This document shows positions 1-42,515 of a stretch of 64,000 nucleotides of DNA, in pieces. The notes under the pieces were generated by a model. It saw nothing but the letters and a program-made list of their open reading frames with translations, was not told the DNA's origin and made no database searches. The DNA lies in assembly GCA_963693365.1 (NCBI GenBank), contig CAVNZM010000004.1:12180468-12244467 (forward strand), in the 5' to 3' direction. The translations under genes and the position numbers were made by a program. Within the stretch, counting starts at the first letter, position 1. Each line of letters begins with the position of its first letter. The DNA is from Amoebidium appalachense. Its lineage: Eukaryota; Protista; Ichthyosporea.

Positions 1-233
1 ACCATTCACCCAACCAACCGCCCAACACACAAAATCTGTATATACCCACATGCCCACATTCCTGGTTCCTTTTCTGTTACACGGCTGTAATCGTATAACT
101 CAATGTATGCCTGGCTGCAATACCCCCCTCCGGATCCCCCCCTCGGCCCTGTGACGTAAAGACACTGGTGTCACGGTGTACATTTTAGGTAACGTGATGG
201 GGGTTGCCGTTACTAAATTTGCTTGGTGTGCAG

Positions 234-344
234 GAGGAATATGGGGCCAAGAAGGTGAGGGGTGCCTTCCAGAAGGGCATAGAAGAGGCCGATAAGATTG
301 CCGTCGATATGCCGGGTACGTGTATGACTGGTTTTGCCCCGCTC

Positions 345-375
<31 letters not shown>

Positions 376-543
376 AAAAAAGAAAGAAAGAAAGAAAGAA
401 AAATACCGTCCCCATGCTCCGTGTTCCATCGCATGGCGTCACAACCCACACAATGTTGGTGAAAGGAAATTTTCCTGTGGTTTTGTGTGTTTTGCTTGCC
501 TGGGTGTGCGTGCATTGCTCATTGAAAGATTGAGCTTCCCCGG

Positions 544-588
<45 letters not shown>

Positions 589-1627
589 ACATCCATAGAT
601 TCTCGGAATGCCCTGGGGTCCAAGCAATACCCATTTTTCACACGCACGTTGACTGGTTGGTGTCCCCATAGATCCCGAGCCTGAGCCAGCGAAGAAATCT
701 GCCAAAAAGGCGAGCGAGAAGAAGAAACCGGCTAAGAAAACAAGCACCAAAAAGCCACCAAAGAAGAAGGCAAAGACGGAAGAGAGTGAAAGCGAGCAGG
801 AATCTAGCGAGGAAGAGGAAGAGGAGGAGGAGGAAGCAGAGGAGAGTGAGACGGAATCAGACAATGGGAAGAAGAAAAAAGAGAAGAAAAAGGGTGGGAA
901 GGCGCTATCGAAAGAGTTTATTAGTGACTCGGAATCTGACGGGGAGGAAGAGGAAAAGACAAAGAAACGAAAGAGGATGGCGGGGTCTTCGGATGAGGAA
1001 AGCGAGAGTGAAGAAGAGGAGAAAAAGCCAAAGAAGGGAAAGAAGAAGCAAGAGAGCGAGTCGGAGCAGGAAGAGAGTGAGGAGGAAAAGAAACCAAAGA
1101 GGGGGAGGAAGAAAGCAAAGAGTGATTCGGAAGAGGAGGAGAAAGAGTCAGAGAGCGAATCAGAGAAGAAGGAGGAAAAGAAAGAGGAAGATTCAGATGA
1201 TGAGGTGATTGTAAGAAAAAGACCGGCCAAGGCTGTGAGTGACTCGGAAGAGGAGAAGGAAAAGAAGGCTGCAAAGAAGGCAAAGAGTAGTGAAACAAAA
1301 GAGGATGAAAAGGAGGAGGTAAAAGAAAGGCCCGATGATGATAAGAAAGAGGAGGAAAGCAAAGAGGATGATAAAAAGGGGGAACGGGAAAACAAGGAAG
1401 AAGGTGTGGCGGCTGCTGAAGAGCCAAAAAAAGACGAGACACAACCACAAGAAAAGCCGCTAGAAGAGGGCAAGGAAGAGAAGGAGGGAGAGGGAGAGAA
1501 GGAGGAAGAAAAGAAAGAGGAAACGGATGCTGCTGCTGCTGCACTTGAGAAAAACGAGGGTGCGGCCAGTGAAGAAAAGAAGGATGACGGTGCAGAGCCA
1601 ACCCCTATGGATACCGCAGATGCATAG
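234..1627 (+). CDS. PWWP-domain (HDGF/LEDGF-like) protein, last two exons (234-315, 672-1627); 5' part outside window
   Basis: Exon 234-315 (cag|GAG...CCGG|gtacgt) reads EEYGAKKVRGAFQKGIEEADK, resembling the C-terminal helices of HDGF-type PWWP domains. It splices in frame to a long K/E/S-rich low-complexity exon ending in TAG at 1625-1627. Confidence 0.55.
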
Positions 1628-2707
1628 ACATAGTGAGTTCCCTCCCCGCCTCCCCCCCCCCCCCCCCCCACCCACCCACACACACACACACAAACACACC
1701 ACCACCACCACCACCACCACCACACATGTGCACGCGCACACACACAAATACATACATACATGCACACACAGAGCACACACAATTACACACACGCGTGCGC
1801 GCGCGCGCACAAACACACAAACACATGCACACATGCACACACACATATGCACACATGCTCACACGCACACCCCATCCATCACACAACACACACCCGGCCC
1901 ATCGCTCTCTCTCTTTCTTCAACCGAAGCCTAAATTGGAGTTTGGAATAGGAAAAATTGGAGTCAAATGTTCGGGAACGGCATGGGAGCTCGGCCGCCAA
2001 TTTGTAGGGTTTCACAATGTCTCTCGCAGCTAAAGATAGACCTGCGATCGGGCGCATCCACCCTTGGTTGACCCATTGGCACACGTCCATATTTTTATTT
2101 TTTTATTTTTGCGGGAGAGGGGGGGAGGGGGGGGGGGGGGGGGGGGGGGGGGGAACCACAGGGGCCAGAGGAAGAGAAGCAATCGTGACCAGCAATTTCT
2201 AACCGACATGTGTTTGGCAGAGGGGTTTTCCTTTCTTTCCCTTAGTGTTGAGACAAGTTGTCTCGCTCTGCATGGCAACACCATCATGGATTCATCACAC
2301 GCCGTGGTTGCGGGTGCACCGGCAGGAAGAAAAGCCACACAATGTGTTTCTCGAGAATTGTCAATGGTTTCCTTGCTTCTTTATTCCTTTTTTACTTCCT
2401 CGTTTCTGGACATTTTCTCTCACTGTCTGCTAGGTAATGCCTTTCCTCTGTTAATTTGCAACATCTTCATACTCTTCGCCCCTTGCTTCGCCTCATAGAT
2501 ATTAGTTGGTCGGTCAAACCTCTTTTGTAGCCATAATCGTGATAAATGTCTGGTTTGCGTCTGTGTTGCAGTGTCGGCTCTTATTAGGAAGCACTGAGGC
2601 AGAAGTATCATAGTCATGGCTGAAGCCAGGCCTGGGCACTCAATTTTCGGACAGTCCGACTCCGAAAAAAATATGAGAGAAATAAAACACGAAAGAAAGT
2701 CCAGGAC

Positions 2708-2741
<34 letters not shown>

Positions 2742-2913
2742 CCACTGTGACACACACGCACGCAACACACACCACCACCACCAACCCCACAAATTGTAGC
2801 GTTCTGGCAGCCCGACGCCTCACAAAAGAAGAATGGAGAAAACAGAAACTAAAAACCAGCGACCTCCACCTCCCCCTCCCCCCCCCTCCCCCCCCCCCCC
2901 CAAACACAAAACA

Positions 2914-3014
<101 letters not shown>

Positions 3015-3192
3015 AAGTCTTACAAAAGTAAAAGATGAAATAAGAAACAAGGACATTGCAATGCGCGGGCTTGCACACACGGACACACACACGGAGTTTG
3101 ACAGTCCGACGACGTGCCATTGAAGAAAGAGCCGCATTGATAGTAAAGAATTAAAAAAAAATCTAAAGCAAGGTACAATTTGGTTCTTCCGG

Positions 3193-3228
<36 letters not shown>

Positions 3229-3249
3229 CCCGGCGCCAAAAAAAACACG

Positions 3250-3288
<39 letters not shown>

Positions 3289-3346
3289 CATACACACACA
3301 CACACACACACACCGTGTACGCACACACACATACACACACACGCAC

Positions 3347-3378
<32 letters not shown>

Positions 3379-3687
3379 GTTCACGCCCCTCCTCAACGCA
3401 AAAAAAAAAAAAAAAAAAAAAAAATCCAAGCAATCCTCACCGTACCGGACCGCAGCATGCATATGCACGAGCGCATGTACACCCGCTCACTGACTTCTTC
3501 ATCCAACAACCACTACCACCACTGCAGCTGGGTTTCATCCTGAAAACCACGACAGGGGCAGCATGGGAGGGGAAGATGATTTTTTTTTTGAAAAGTTTTT
3601 AGAAAAAATCTTTACTTTTTTTTCCTTCTTTCTTTCATTCATTTTTTCCTTCTTTCTTTCTTTCTTTCTTATTTTTCCTTTTTTTTT

Positions 3688-3773
<86 letters not shown>

Positions 3774-3892
3774 TGGCGGGCCTGTGGGTGCATGGGTGCA
3801 CGGGTGCACACGTAGGGGTGGCCCACGGCCAAGCCTGGGTGGTGGACCAGGTCCGTGGTCAGTGGCCGTAGTTTTGTTGTTGTTGTTGTTGT

Positions 3893-3926
<34 letters not shown>

Positions 3927-4717
3927 TGGCTTGCTGGATATTTACTACACCATTAATGTTACTATTGCCTGGCACCACCACCATATTCAGAACTTGGCTG
4001 CTGAGCCTCTCCACGTGTATGTGCATGTCACACCAGCTGCAGGCCAGCTAATACCCATGTGTGGGCGGGTGTGCACGTGTGGGGAGCCCGGAAGCCTCCG
4101 CATGATGTGTCTGTTGGGCCGTGTGCACGTGCATGCGTGCACATGTGCGCGAATTCGCAAATGACTGCATGCAGCTGTGATTGAATAGCTGGTCCGTCCA
4201 CCTTTCGCTGCTGCAGCTGCAGCAGTACCGTAAGCCTGCAGTGTTCTTTCGTATATATTCGACCTTTGAGTCGACGTCAACAGTAAAACTGAAACGTTTG
4301 TGCTTGTGCACATGTGCACAAACAAGCAGATGAGCTTGAGTTCTCTGAGTGTGTTCAACTTTTATGATTCACTGTGGTGAGAGCCCCCTCCAGAGTGGCA
4401 CAGCTCACAGCCATGGCCAAACTTTGAGCTTTGTTGGATCTATTGGTGATCTAGGGAGAAAGTATTCAGTCTATCTGGGACTTGCGTTTACGCAAACCGA
4501 TATTTCTGCGCGGGAACTCTGTCGGAGGAACCTGGCTCAGCTGAGACTGAGTATTATTAGCGAACCCTCCTGAGAAAAGAAGAAACATGATAATACGATG
4601 CTATGCGGCACGAATACTTATGTAGAGCTGCACACACCTAAAATATGCAGAGCTAGCGCTAGCGGAGAAGCAGGCTGACTGTATGTGAGGGCTTGGCCGC
4701 CTGGCCGTCAAGCAAAC

Positions 4718-17575
<12,858 letters not shown>

Positions 17576-17741
17576 TGGGTGATTGGTGGTTGCTAGGCGT
17601 TGGAATGTGGGGTTGGAATGTGGATTTGGAATGTGGGGTCGCGGCTGTTGTGTGTATTGGTGGTGGTTCTTTGTTGTTGAAAGTTTGTGTTGGGGTTGAA
17701 TGATGGGGATCTAGGTGATGGTGATATGGATTTTGCCTGCT

Positions 17742-17774
<33 letters not shown>

Positions 17775-18337
17775 CCGTCTCTTTGTTGCGTTTTTCTGTT
17801 TCTTTTACCAACCTGATTGGTTTTGGAAAAATACGTTTGTTTGTTATTTCGGGGTGATATGGTTGGGACGTATTCATTCCTCTTTTGTACGTTTATGAGC
17901 ATGGTACTGTATTTAGGTATGAAAGGTTTGGACGCAACCAACGTAAAGAGTTTGTACACAACCAACAAGGTCATCTCTTGAAGATTTTTCTCTGTCCAAA
18001 CCACATTTCTCTGGCAATATTTGGCAGTGGTAATGAGCGGGGATACATATGGGGCTGAATGAATGTGTGGGGTTTCGTTGCAGGGATATATTTCTTACCT
18101 GACCCACGTGACCAGTCTTCATGGTGGGTGGAGTGAAACGATTAGATGGTCCACATATAGGCATAAAATATGAGTACGTGTGCATGGGCCCTGAGATGTA
18201 CCAGTGCACCTCAGCATGTCAGGATAGGCACATGTTTGTCTCCTAGAGAAACATTATATAAATAAAGTGGACTGGAGAGCCAATCTTTCTGGTTCATGTC
18301 CGCCCCCCCCCTCCCCCCCCTCCTCCTCCCCTCAAAT

Positions 18338-18352
18338 CACCGCCACCACCAC

Positions 18353-18446
<94 letters not shown>

Positions 18447-18502
18447 ACCACCACCACCACCACCACCACCACCACCACAACAACAACAACAACCACACAC
18501 AT

Positions 18503-18563
<61 letters not shown>

Positions 18564-18606
18564 CGCGCGCACGCGCGCACGCATACACACACACAAACAC
18601 ACACGC

Positions 18607-18646
<40 letters not shown>
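18338..18646. repeat. Compound microsatellite (CAC)n-(CA)n-(GA)n-(CAC)n-(CAA)n-(CA)n
   Basis: Directly visible. Confidence 0.95.
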
Positions 18647-18653
<7 letters not shown>

Positions 18654-19470
18654 CTTCCCTTCTTTCATTTGCATGCCCATACATAAATATAGGTTTGAGT
18701 TACACACACATGTACATGCTTGAATTATGCGGGTGTGGGTATATGATTTTAAGTTCCGGTTGAAGCGACAGCTAGAAATGTAGATGTATTACAAAGGAGG
18801 CTGGTGATGTCGATAAAAAGAACTCTCTAATCGTACATGAAAGAAGAAAAACCATGTCTGCTAGCTAATACACAAGTGTAGCATACTGCTATCCATTTTC
18901 TGGCCTAATCTATCTGCCCCGGCCATAAAACAAGTGTTTGAAGAAAAATGATTGTGCACCACACCCTACACCTAAGACACTATTAGCGTGCACAGCAAAT
19001 AACCGGCTATTGTAGACAGATGAACAAAAGAATAAAGAAGCCATACAACAAACATCTATCGATTCTTGCATTTACAGCATACATCTTCTAGACTTATTTA
19101 AAATCAAATAAGAATATTATTTCAGTGATCCTATGTAATAAAGATTCCACGATGCCATTACACGCGTTACATATGTCACTATTTGGGGCAATTGGTATGT
19201 ACTAGACTAGAGCAATTTTTCATTCACGAAGCGAATTCCATTTACAGGTTACGGGAGAGCTATGTACCAAAAGGAGAATTTTCAAGTCAAGGGCAAAACT
19301 CTACGCTGCAAAAACGTAAATATTTACCATCTAAGCTATTTACCATCTAACTGTGGTTCAGAATCTAAAGGCTATGGCTATATATGTACACCCAGAACAA
19401 TTCGTGTGCGTACATGCCATGAACAAACGTGCATTTCATTATATTTCGTATAGTATCCCAGACATAGCGT

Positions 19471-34258
<14,788 letters not shown>

Positions 34259-36996
34259 GTCATTCAGATCTTAAATAGCTTCAACCAGTGTTCTTCGTAA
34301 GTCTGTGCCTATGATCGTTTAAGGATTGAACTGTCAGCAACGAACGGCCAGCACGCTTCCTGGGAACGCTGTACGGCCCTTGCCAAAATCCTATCTAAAG
34401 ATGGTACGTCGTGTTACTCTAACTAGAAACCTTGAGGCTCATTCTTGGAGTACAGAAGTGAAACAAGGGCGTCTACAGCGTATTATTTAATGCCAGCCCC
34501 TCGAGTATATTTTATTGTAAACGCTTTAAGAGGCTCACTTATACATACAGCCCCGGACACATATGTGCATGTTCCCTAGTTCAAGGTTGGGTTGTGTAGT
34601 TCGAGAGCTCGAGTCGACGTCGAAATGGAAAAGTTGAAAATCTGGCGCCAGAGTTTAGGCCAGTCAAAACATTTGCGAAATGGGTCCCACAATCAAAGTC
34701 AAATTTGACTTTGGGCCGGTTCACCGGCTCAGAACTTGTGGCCCTTTGGTAATATCCTTCTCAAGCAGTTCTTGAGAGCGTGATGAACGGAGGTGACGCC
34801 CGCGTGGTGCGACAGTGTCAGCCTAATGACACCCTTCCTTCTGATCCCCTCCCCCAACCCCCCCACTTCAGTGCAGTCAACCACCCTCTTGCATGTGTAT
34901 AATACAGTGGCTTAGTCGATTGGGATCAACCGGATACGGTACACCAATGCGCCGCATGTGCTTGTATTCTCCACCAATCCCCCCGGGCCCGGCCAGGACT
35001 CGCGTTACCTTACCCTGTGGGCATGCGGTGTCCATCGTCATGTATATTCGATGTCGTTTTTTTTTTTTTGCTACTGGGGGCCCTAAGTTGGGTTGCCTGC
35101 ACTGGCATGTAGTCTCCAAGGCTTTGTACCCGCTGGCTTACGTAAGGGGCCAAGGCCTACAACGGCTGGCTTCCACCAGGTGGCGCCGGCATCATCATCA
35201 TGGGCCAGTGCCGGGCCGCACTGTGGCCACGGATGATGGCCCGACTAAATATATGGCAATGTAGCAATGTACGGGAGCAAGTCAATTGAAGGCGCCTCGA
35301 TCGAGCTCACATCACCGTCCGTGAAGCCTTAGCATGCATGTGTCACATGCACGGCAGCCTTTCATGGCTGCAAGGCCTATGTGAACTTTACTGTGTAGCT
35401 TGGCCATGGGCATCATTCATGATCGATGGGGCACGTACGGCTCATGCTGCCAGTCTGCCGCAGGCATGCCAAGTTGTATGTCGCGGCAGTCGCGGGCCCG
35501 CGGCACGGCCAACCTCAGAAGTTGCCAGGCAAGGACAGGTTGGGCACGTGAGCCCCGCATCACCTCACTAATTACTTAGTTAGGTCCACGTCTGAATGTA
35601 GGCGGACAATTTGAGATAGACAAACCCTGTTTATAGTTGAACAATCCTTTTTCTTTTTTCTTTTTTTTTCTTTTTTTTTTTTTTCCCCTTTGATTTACTG
35701 AGCATAACACGTCACGGCCCACCTTTGAGCTTGAAATATGTACGGCCACCGAACTGTTACATGGTATGTGGGGAGGATTTAACTTAGTCATGATCACGAA
35801 GCAGTTCGTTGACTTCTCCACTATATCTAGCGATAATAATATACTTATCCCTTTGCTTTTTTGCTTACCATATAAAAATTATCAAATTATTATCTGTTTA
35901 ACAAAAAATTTATCTGGTCAGTTCACCCCCCCAACGAGTTACTTGCATTTGCATCTGCCACTCGAATGTGCCAGACTGGTTCGGAAGGATCAAGCTAAAA
36001 ACGGACCCATGGCGATGCTCACATTTTGATACCCGGATCGGAAATTTCGAAAGCACTGTCGCATTCGAAGTCATTCGAGTCGCTGTCGATGGATCTAAGC
36101 AGAACAACCATTTGGTAGAACCTATGTAATAAAGAACAGCTCACTATTGATACAAAGACAGAGATTGATCTATGCTAAGGCAGGGTATCCTTAGATATAT
36201 GTGGCTCGTGAGATCGGAATTCGAACACTCAGCACGCGTGCACCCCCCAATCAGTTAGTGACAGAGCGATCCTGAGGTGTGCGAATGCAAAACGAAAACA
36301 TCAAAGTGTACATCAGCACAAAAAAAATAAAGTTTAGAAGCATTGCACAAATAATTGGTGCCAATACGATGGGGAAAGATGTAACATTTTTATTTTCTTT
36401 CAATTGGTGAGAAAATCCATCATTTTGGAAAGTACTACTTTGCCCGCAAAAAAAGGTACCACCCAACTTGGTTTCCCCCGTGTGCACCAAATCGCTTGCG
36501 TGTGACCTCTGATTGGTGAGCAGCCTTGTTTGCCTCGCTCTTCCCTTGGGCCCAATCAGCATGTCCAACGAAATTGAAATAAGCCAATGAAAAGCAACGG
36601 CTTTAGGAAAAGAGTCGATCCCAATCGCGTCAAAGCTTCCTTCATGAGGGCCAAAAAGTCCACGTTTTGCTGAGTTTGTGTTTTTGAAGCTGCATTCATT
36701 CAGTGGTTTCAACTTGAACAGACCGATACTTTCCTGTCATATGTCTTTTGCTTAAGAAGTGTATTTTGAGATTCTCGAGCTACATGGATGGTTGCTAGTA
36801 ATCAACAGATCACAGCTCTACGAATCTTGTAGCACACACAGGACGTTACACATAGCATTTCGATGCTCTCTTACAAAGTTCCGACTCGGTCGTGCCTTTT
36901 CGCACCCGGCTTACGTTTGCTGTCGATTTCGTACGTTCGAAGCTGGATGAGGCATAGAGTATTGCGCTCGCTACACCTTTATTATACCTTTTTTAG

Positions 36997-39828
36997 CTGT
37001 TGGCCATGTGTCTGCCCGTTGTAAGGCAGAGAGCTCGTTGCCTACCGCTACCACGGAGAACTTTTACGTAGAAAACTGGCCAGGGCAGTCTCAGCACAGC
37101 ACCAGCATGAGCGATGGTGTGCCCTGGTTGAAAGATGGACAAGTAAGGCAAAGAGATTCGGGCCAGGGTGATTATTGGCCTGCCCAATCACTCTGGCTTG
37201 GTGCTGTTTCTAACGACCCTTCTGTACAATTAGAAGATAGCGAAACTACGTTTCAATCGGACGAATACCAAGCAGCCCTTGGGCTTTTTGCTCAGAGCTC
37301 GCTTCTAGCAGAGGCCCAGCGGAAAAATTCCTTTGCAGAGCAATTTATAACTCAAGAGGGTGGCGAACTTTCTGTTGAAAACTTCCAACAATTTGATTCG
37401 CAAGCCTTCCCGCTTAGTGGCCTTGCTCAGCGCGTAAACAATTCTTTTACCGATGCTAGGCACGTTCAGAGAAATTTCACCGATCAATTGGATAGTGAGA
37501 CTGAACGTGCTTTAGAGCAAAACTTGGTGATAAAGCAAGAGGCAGCATCGGACGGGTGCCACCCGGTTGAAAAACAAAAACCCGGGAAAAACACAAACAG
37601 CGCTTCAGCAGTCCAACGGCGGTCGCTTGCGAGCACACAAGGAAGTGTGAAGGACGAAAATCATGGCGAGTCTTTGGCGTGTGATGATTGCCACGGCCAG
37701 CTATACCAGAAACGGGATGAATTCTTCCTTCTTACGAAAATGTCGCGTTCTACCCCGGTGAGTTTCTGTTTTTAAATTATTGCACCCACTTTAGTCACCA
37801 GATTGGCTTCGGTAAAGCAACTTGTGTGCTTGCTCGAAAATCTCAGAGCTGTGCGTTTTGGTTTTGCATCAGGTGATGTGGCATGAGGTGTTCTTGTAGA
37901 CTTTGCAGATCTCTTGTGAACTTAGAAGTACAAGACTTGAGGTTACATTTTTCCTTGCCTTTGGTCTTTTTGGGGGGAAAAGCCCAATGGATGGAAGGGA
38001 AAAAGTGGGTGAGGGACGGTGGGAGGGTTCTGGTATGGGTGGGCAAAAAAGAAAAAAAGAAGAAACGGGACCTGAAAGGTGGCAAATAGGCCAAGCTTTC
38101 GTTAGGAGCGTGAATATGTTGGTGCTGGTTGGGCTTCTTTCTAGTGTGTATTCTACTGAGTCGTGTTGCTGACACACCGACGTAGCACACACCAGCTTTA
38201 CTAATGCTCTTCTTTTTTTCTTCTTTCTTTCTTTCCTTTTTTTTTTTTTTTTTTTTGTGATCTAACAGGGTGACGAGAAAATGGACCTCAAGAAACAGAA
38301 TACCTTTCTGTTGGACGTGCTCTTTGACCACGGAGGCGACTGCGCATACCACGTCGAGTGCATACTGAAAACCTTTCGGATATCCAAGGGAAGGTTACGC
38401 CGCCTGCGCGAGAAGAAACGAAAACTGCTTCGGGGGGAACCTTTGCAGCATGGCCTTACTGGTCGGGCGTCGAACAACCGAAAACGGCCCGAAACGTTGC
38501 AGCAGTTTTTGGACTTTGTGGTTCAGTGTCGTGAGGCTAAAATGATCGATCCCCGCGGTGGTACGGTGTACGGTTTGAAGGCCGGCTTTCGGTGTATACA
38601 GGGGGACTCTGCTGCCTCTCTCCGGGTGCAGTTCAATCTACACCAGCAGCGCCTATCGACGGCAGAACATCCGAGGGAGACCATTAGCAGCGGCACGGCT
38701 CAGGCCTGGTTCAAGCGCCACTGCATGGATACTCTTCCCCCCGGGTTATCACAGTCTCTGAATTCGACGGCCTCTGATGCCGAGAGTGCACCGATAAACA
38801 CAACGAGCACGGGGACGGGGTCGGGAGAAACCGGGTCCTGCAGTGGTGGGTCACCGGGCAGCTCTACACCGTCGGGGTCTAGTAATGGGGCCTTCATGCT
38901 TGTTACAAAACAGGCGGCAACTGGCGCGAGAACAGTGGCGCTGGGAGACACGAACGGCGCGGCGGTTAGAAAACGCACACGGAGTTTGGAATTGGATTCC
39001 GAGGAGGATTCGGACCACAATGGTGACACAACGGATGAAGCCGAGATAGCAATGGCTTTTGGAGGCCGAAATGTTGGCCAGTTGGTGATTTCACCACAAG
39101 TGGCCGGGCCACGGGGGATCGATATACACGACCATGGTTCCTTGAATGACATCAAACGGCGGCGGAAAAATTCGCTCCCAGAGCAGCGGCTTGCTGCCTT
39201 CGAGGATAGTGCGGCGAATCGTAATCGGCCGGCAGCGGGCACAAACACGGATAAGGGTAGATCGGGTATGTTTGAACGCAAGCCGTCTTACGGGCGGCGC
39301 CAAAGTACCCCAGCCCTGCCACAGTCCTCGGCCAATTGGAATGTACCCCAAGTGGAGGCGGGGGTCAATCCTCCATATACGAACATGGCCATGTTCAATG
39401 GGTCCATGGCTACGAGACCTACACAGCACGATGGTCAGCAGAGAGTTGACGAATCAACTTTCTTTGCGTCGGCGGGTTCGTTGGAGTTGCTCACGGGAGG
39501 GCACGTAGGGTTTAATCTGGATGCAGGTTCCAACCCGCTAGGGACCATGCACATTGGGCCCTCTGGCAGCAGCATGAGCGACGGGGAGATGAACATGATT
39601 GCGTCGCTTCTCTCCAACCTGGACAGGCGACAATCGGAGTCTCGGTCGGTGATGATGCCCGTGGGCAATGACGTGGGCATGGGTTCTGGGTATCGAAACA
39701 TGCAGGGTGGGAATAACACGGGTATGTATTCTGCGTCTGATTTAGTCGATGTCAATGGTATGCTTGTGGATCTGGAGTTTTCGGGTATGGGCTCAAGTGA
39801 TGGCATAATGGAGCCATCTTTAGACTAG
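36997..39828 (+). CDS. Uncharacterised protein with transposase-like (Sola-type N-terminal) putative DNA-binding region and long low-complexity tails; exons ~36997-37757 and 38269-39828
   Basis: Two long open exons joined in phase 0 (CCG|gtgagt...ctaacag|GGT). Core reads CDDCH...YHVECILKTFRISKGRLRRLREKKRK...HGLTGRASNNRK...QFLDFV...TISSGTAQAWFKRHC. The start is uncertain (acceptor at 36996; first in-frame ATG ~37108). The family call is from motif resemblance only. Confidence 0.7.
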
Positions 39829-39919
39829 TTTGCTGTCGGCGTAGTTCAACACCGTATCGTCAAGTATGGATGTGTAAAAGGAGTTCTGGTAGGCAAGGGC
39901 TTTTTCCCTGGGGGAGAGG

Positions 39920-39994
<75 letters not shown>

Positions 39995-41014
39995 GGTTTC
40001 ATAAAGCAGGCCACCTTGGTTAATTGTCTTGTTGTGGGTGATAGGAGGTAGGAGGTTTTTAAAGCATTCTCGCTTCTAGTAATTGGGACTCCCTCTTCAC
40101 TTCGCAAACAGAACTAGCAAGAAGAAATCCGGTGGCCCACTATTGTATATATATTTATATGTAATATCCTCTAGATATCGTTTATGAAACTCACACGGTT
40201 TTTTTTTACCTATCATGATGTAATGGGATTTACGTCGTGCAGACAACTTTTTCATAGACGGATGCATGCACAGGGTTGTCATGCAAGTTTGTTGTATGAA
40301 TTTTTCGAACGTCGATCACAGCACCCTGTATTCCAGATTTTTGAAGGGTGCTTTGGTCTCTACTTCAGCCTAATCTGAATTTTGGTGCCTGAGATCTTAT
40401 GATTGCGAGCACCTAGGTGTGCACGTTTCCCAACATTCACAGGCTGCTCGTGCAGCATTCGTTTTCCGAATTACACAAACTGTGGTTATGAGTCCCTTTT
40501 CCATGATGTATTGGATGTGTGGATCCCTTGCGCATGCCCAGCCAAGACTTTTACGTTTACAGCGACAGGTGGCGCAGGGACCCTGCTATTAGTGAGAAAT
40601 TGTTCCTGGTGCACGTGTGGGTAAGGCTTTTTTAGTCCGTCAAACATGGCTCTTGGGAGAAAACTAAGGCAGTTAGCCAAAAGTTTCAGGGTGACTTTGC
40701 TCTGTTACGTCATCCAAACGTTCTTTTCTCTACATCTTGATGCCAGAAAGCCCGAGCTTCGTAATCATTTTTAGACATACACTGGATGATTGGCCAAGCC
40801 ATGAGAAGGAAGCTTTAGGTTTTGCGACAGCCCTTTAGATCATACAATTTAGGTAACTGTTTTTTGCTTCATACGCCCCAGGCACAGTGTACGTTTGGTT
40901 TTCATCTGTTCCACCTTCTGTCCAGCTCTCTGTTTGGACCGGAGTTCCACAAGGGAGCTGCTATATATCATAACTGTCCACACAGCATCAGCAAGCTTAA
41001 CAGCATTGAAGATC

Positions 41015-41510
41015 ATGGCTCCGAAAGATGGTACAGTGTTTCCCTTTATCGTCTTCTCCCATCCCTTTACACACACCCGGGATCCTTTATGCGCACGCAC
41101 ACTAATCCTCAATTACTCCCCTTTATTTTGGTCCTGAATCCCTATGGTGCTGGTGTAACCAATACTACAGTTAGCCGGGCCTTTTTTTGTTTGATGGTAT
41201 CACACCAGCCTCTCTTTCAAACGCTTTAATCGTGCCTAATTTGCTCCGGCTTCCGCACACCGGATGCTCATGTACAGTAGGTTTCAAGTCTCAAGATCCA
41301 ACACTTTATTAGAGTTCATGTTAGTCAACACTCTACCGTTGCTTTTTCTAACTCTATTCACGAATGGTGGAGTGTTTGTTTGTTTTTGAAATAGGTGTTT
41401 GGAATACGAGAATCGACGCACAAAGGGAGGAGTGTGGGTTAAGCAAAATGGAGGGGGAGCCTCGTTTGAAGGTGCCCGAGTGAGGTGTTAACGGGGAAAG
41501 ATCTTGCAGC

Positions 41511-41550
<40 letters not shown>

Positions 41551-41650
41551 AGGTAGTAAAAGGGGGGGGGGGGGGGGTTTGGGGAGGGGGGGGGGGTGGG
41601 GTTTGAGGGAGCCCAAGTGAGGATTTTCGGTCAAAGATCTTGCAGCCAGC

Positions 41651-41691
<41 letters not shown>

Positions 41692-42434
41692 TACCTCCCC
41701 CTTGTCACTTCCTCCCACTGACGGATAATTCTCATAGAAAACAAGCACGTTCCACGCACCTGCAAAGGGCCGCAGGCTGTTTCCTTGCTGTTGCCGATGA
41801 GAGGTCGAGTGACCTACGTACCTGTGATAGAGTTTCCACACTGGGGAGGGACGGTAGTTTTCGAAGCTCGTGGAAAGTCGATGCAGGTTTACGTGTGTGA
41901 TGAGTCGGAATACAAGGAAGCAAGGGGACCCACGGATGCACCGGGAAATGGTTATGGGTTTTTTCTGGACGGAGAGAGTTCGACACATAGCACGAGCATA
42001 CGAAGATCTGGTGAGAGCAGAAAATATGTAAGTGGGACCACGTGTAATGTGTTGGCGTGTGTGGGGTGGTGCAGTGTTTTGCTAAGAGCGTTTGTGGGGT
42101 TTGAGAAGCATCACTAATTGGGTATTGAATGTGGTTATATTTGAAGAGGGTGAGAGGGTTGGTGGAAGTGACTGAAGGTGTGGTAAATGTTGGGGGGCCC
42201 CGGGGGGGGGGGGGGGGGGGGGGGGGGAGCGGAGACATCCCAAATAGATGTGGGGATATAAGCAGTGAGGGAAAGGGAAGAGCGTAATGGAACGACAGTT
42301 TCTTTCTTTCTTTTCTTTTCGTTTTCTTTTCCGTGTTCTTATGTTTGTTGATGTCTTTGTTGTGGCCTATGTGTGTGTAGTGGTGGCGCTTTTTCTAAAT
42401 TGCCGTATTTATCTATTTAGTAATACTGTTGTCA

Positions 42435-42515
<81 letters not shown>

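Noticed and set aside
439-1782. Long minus-strand Ser/Phe-rich ORF
   Set aside because: Antisense shadow of the K/E-rich plus-strand exon.
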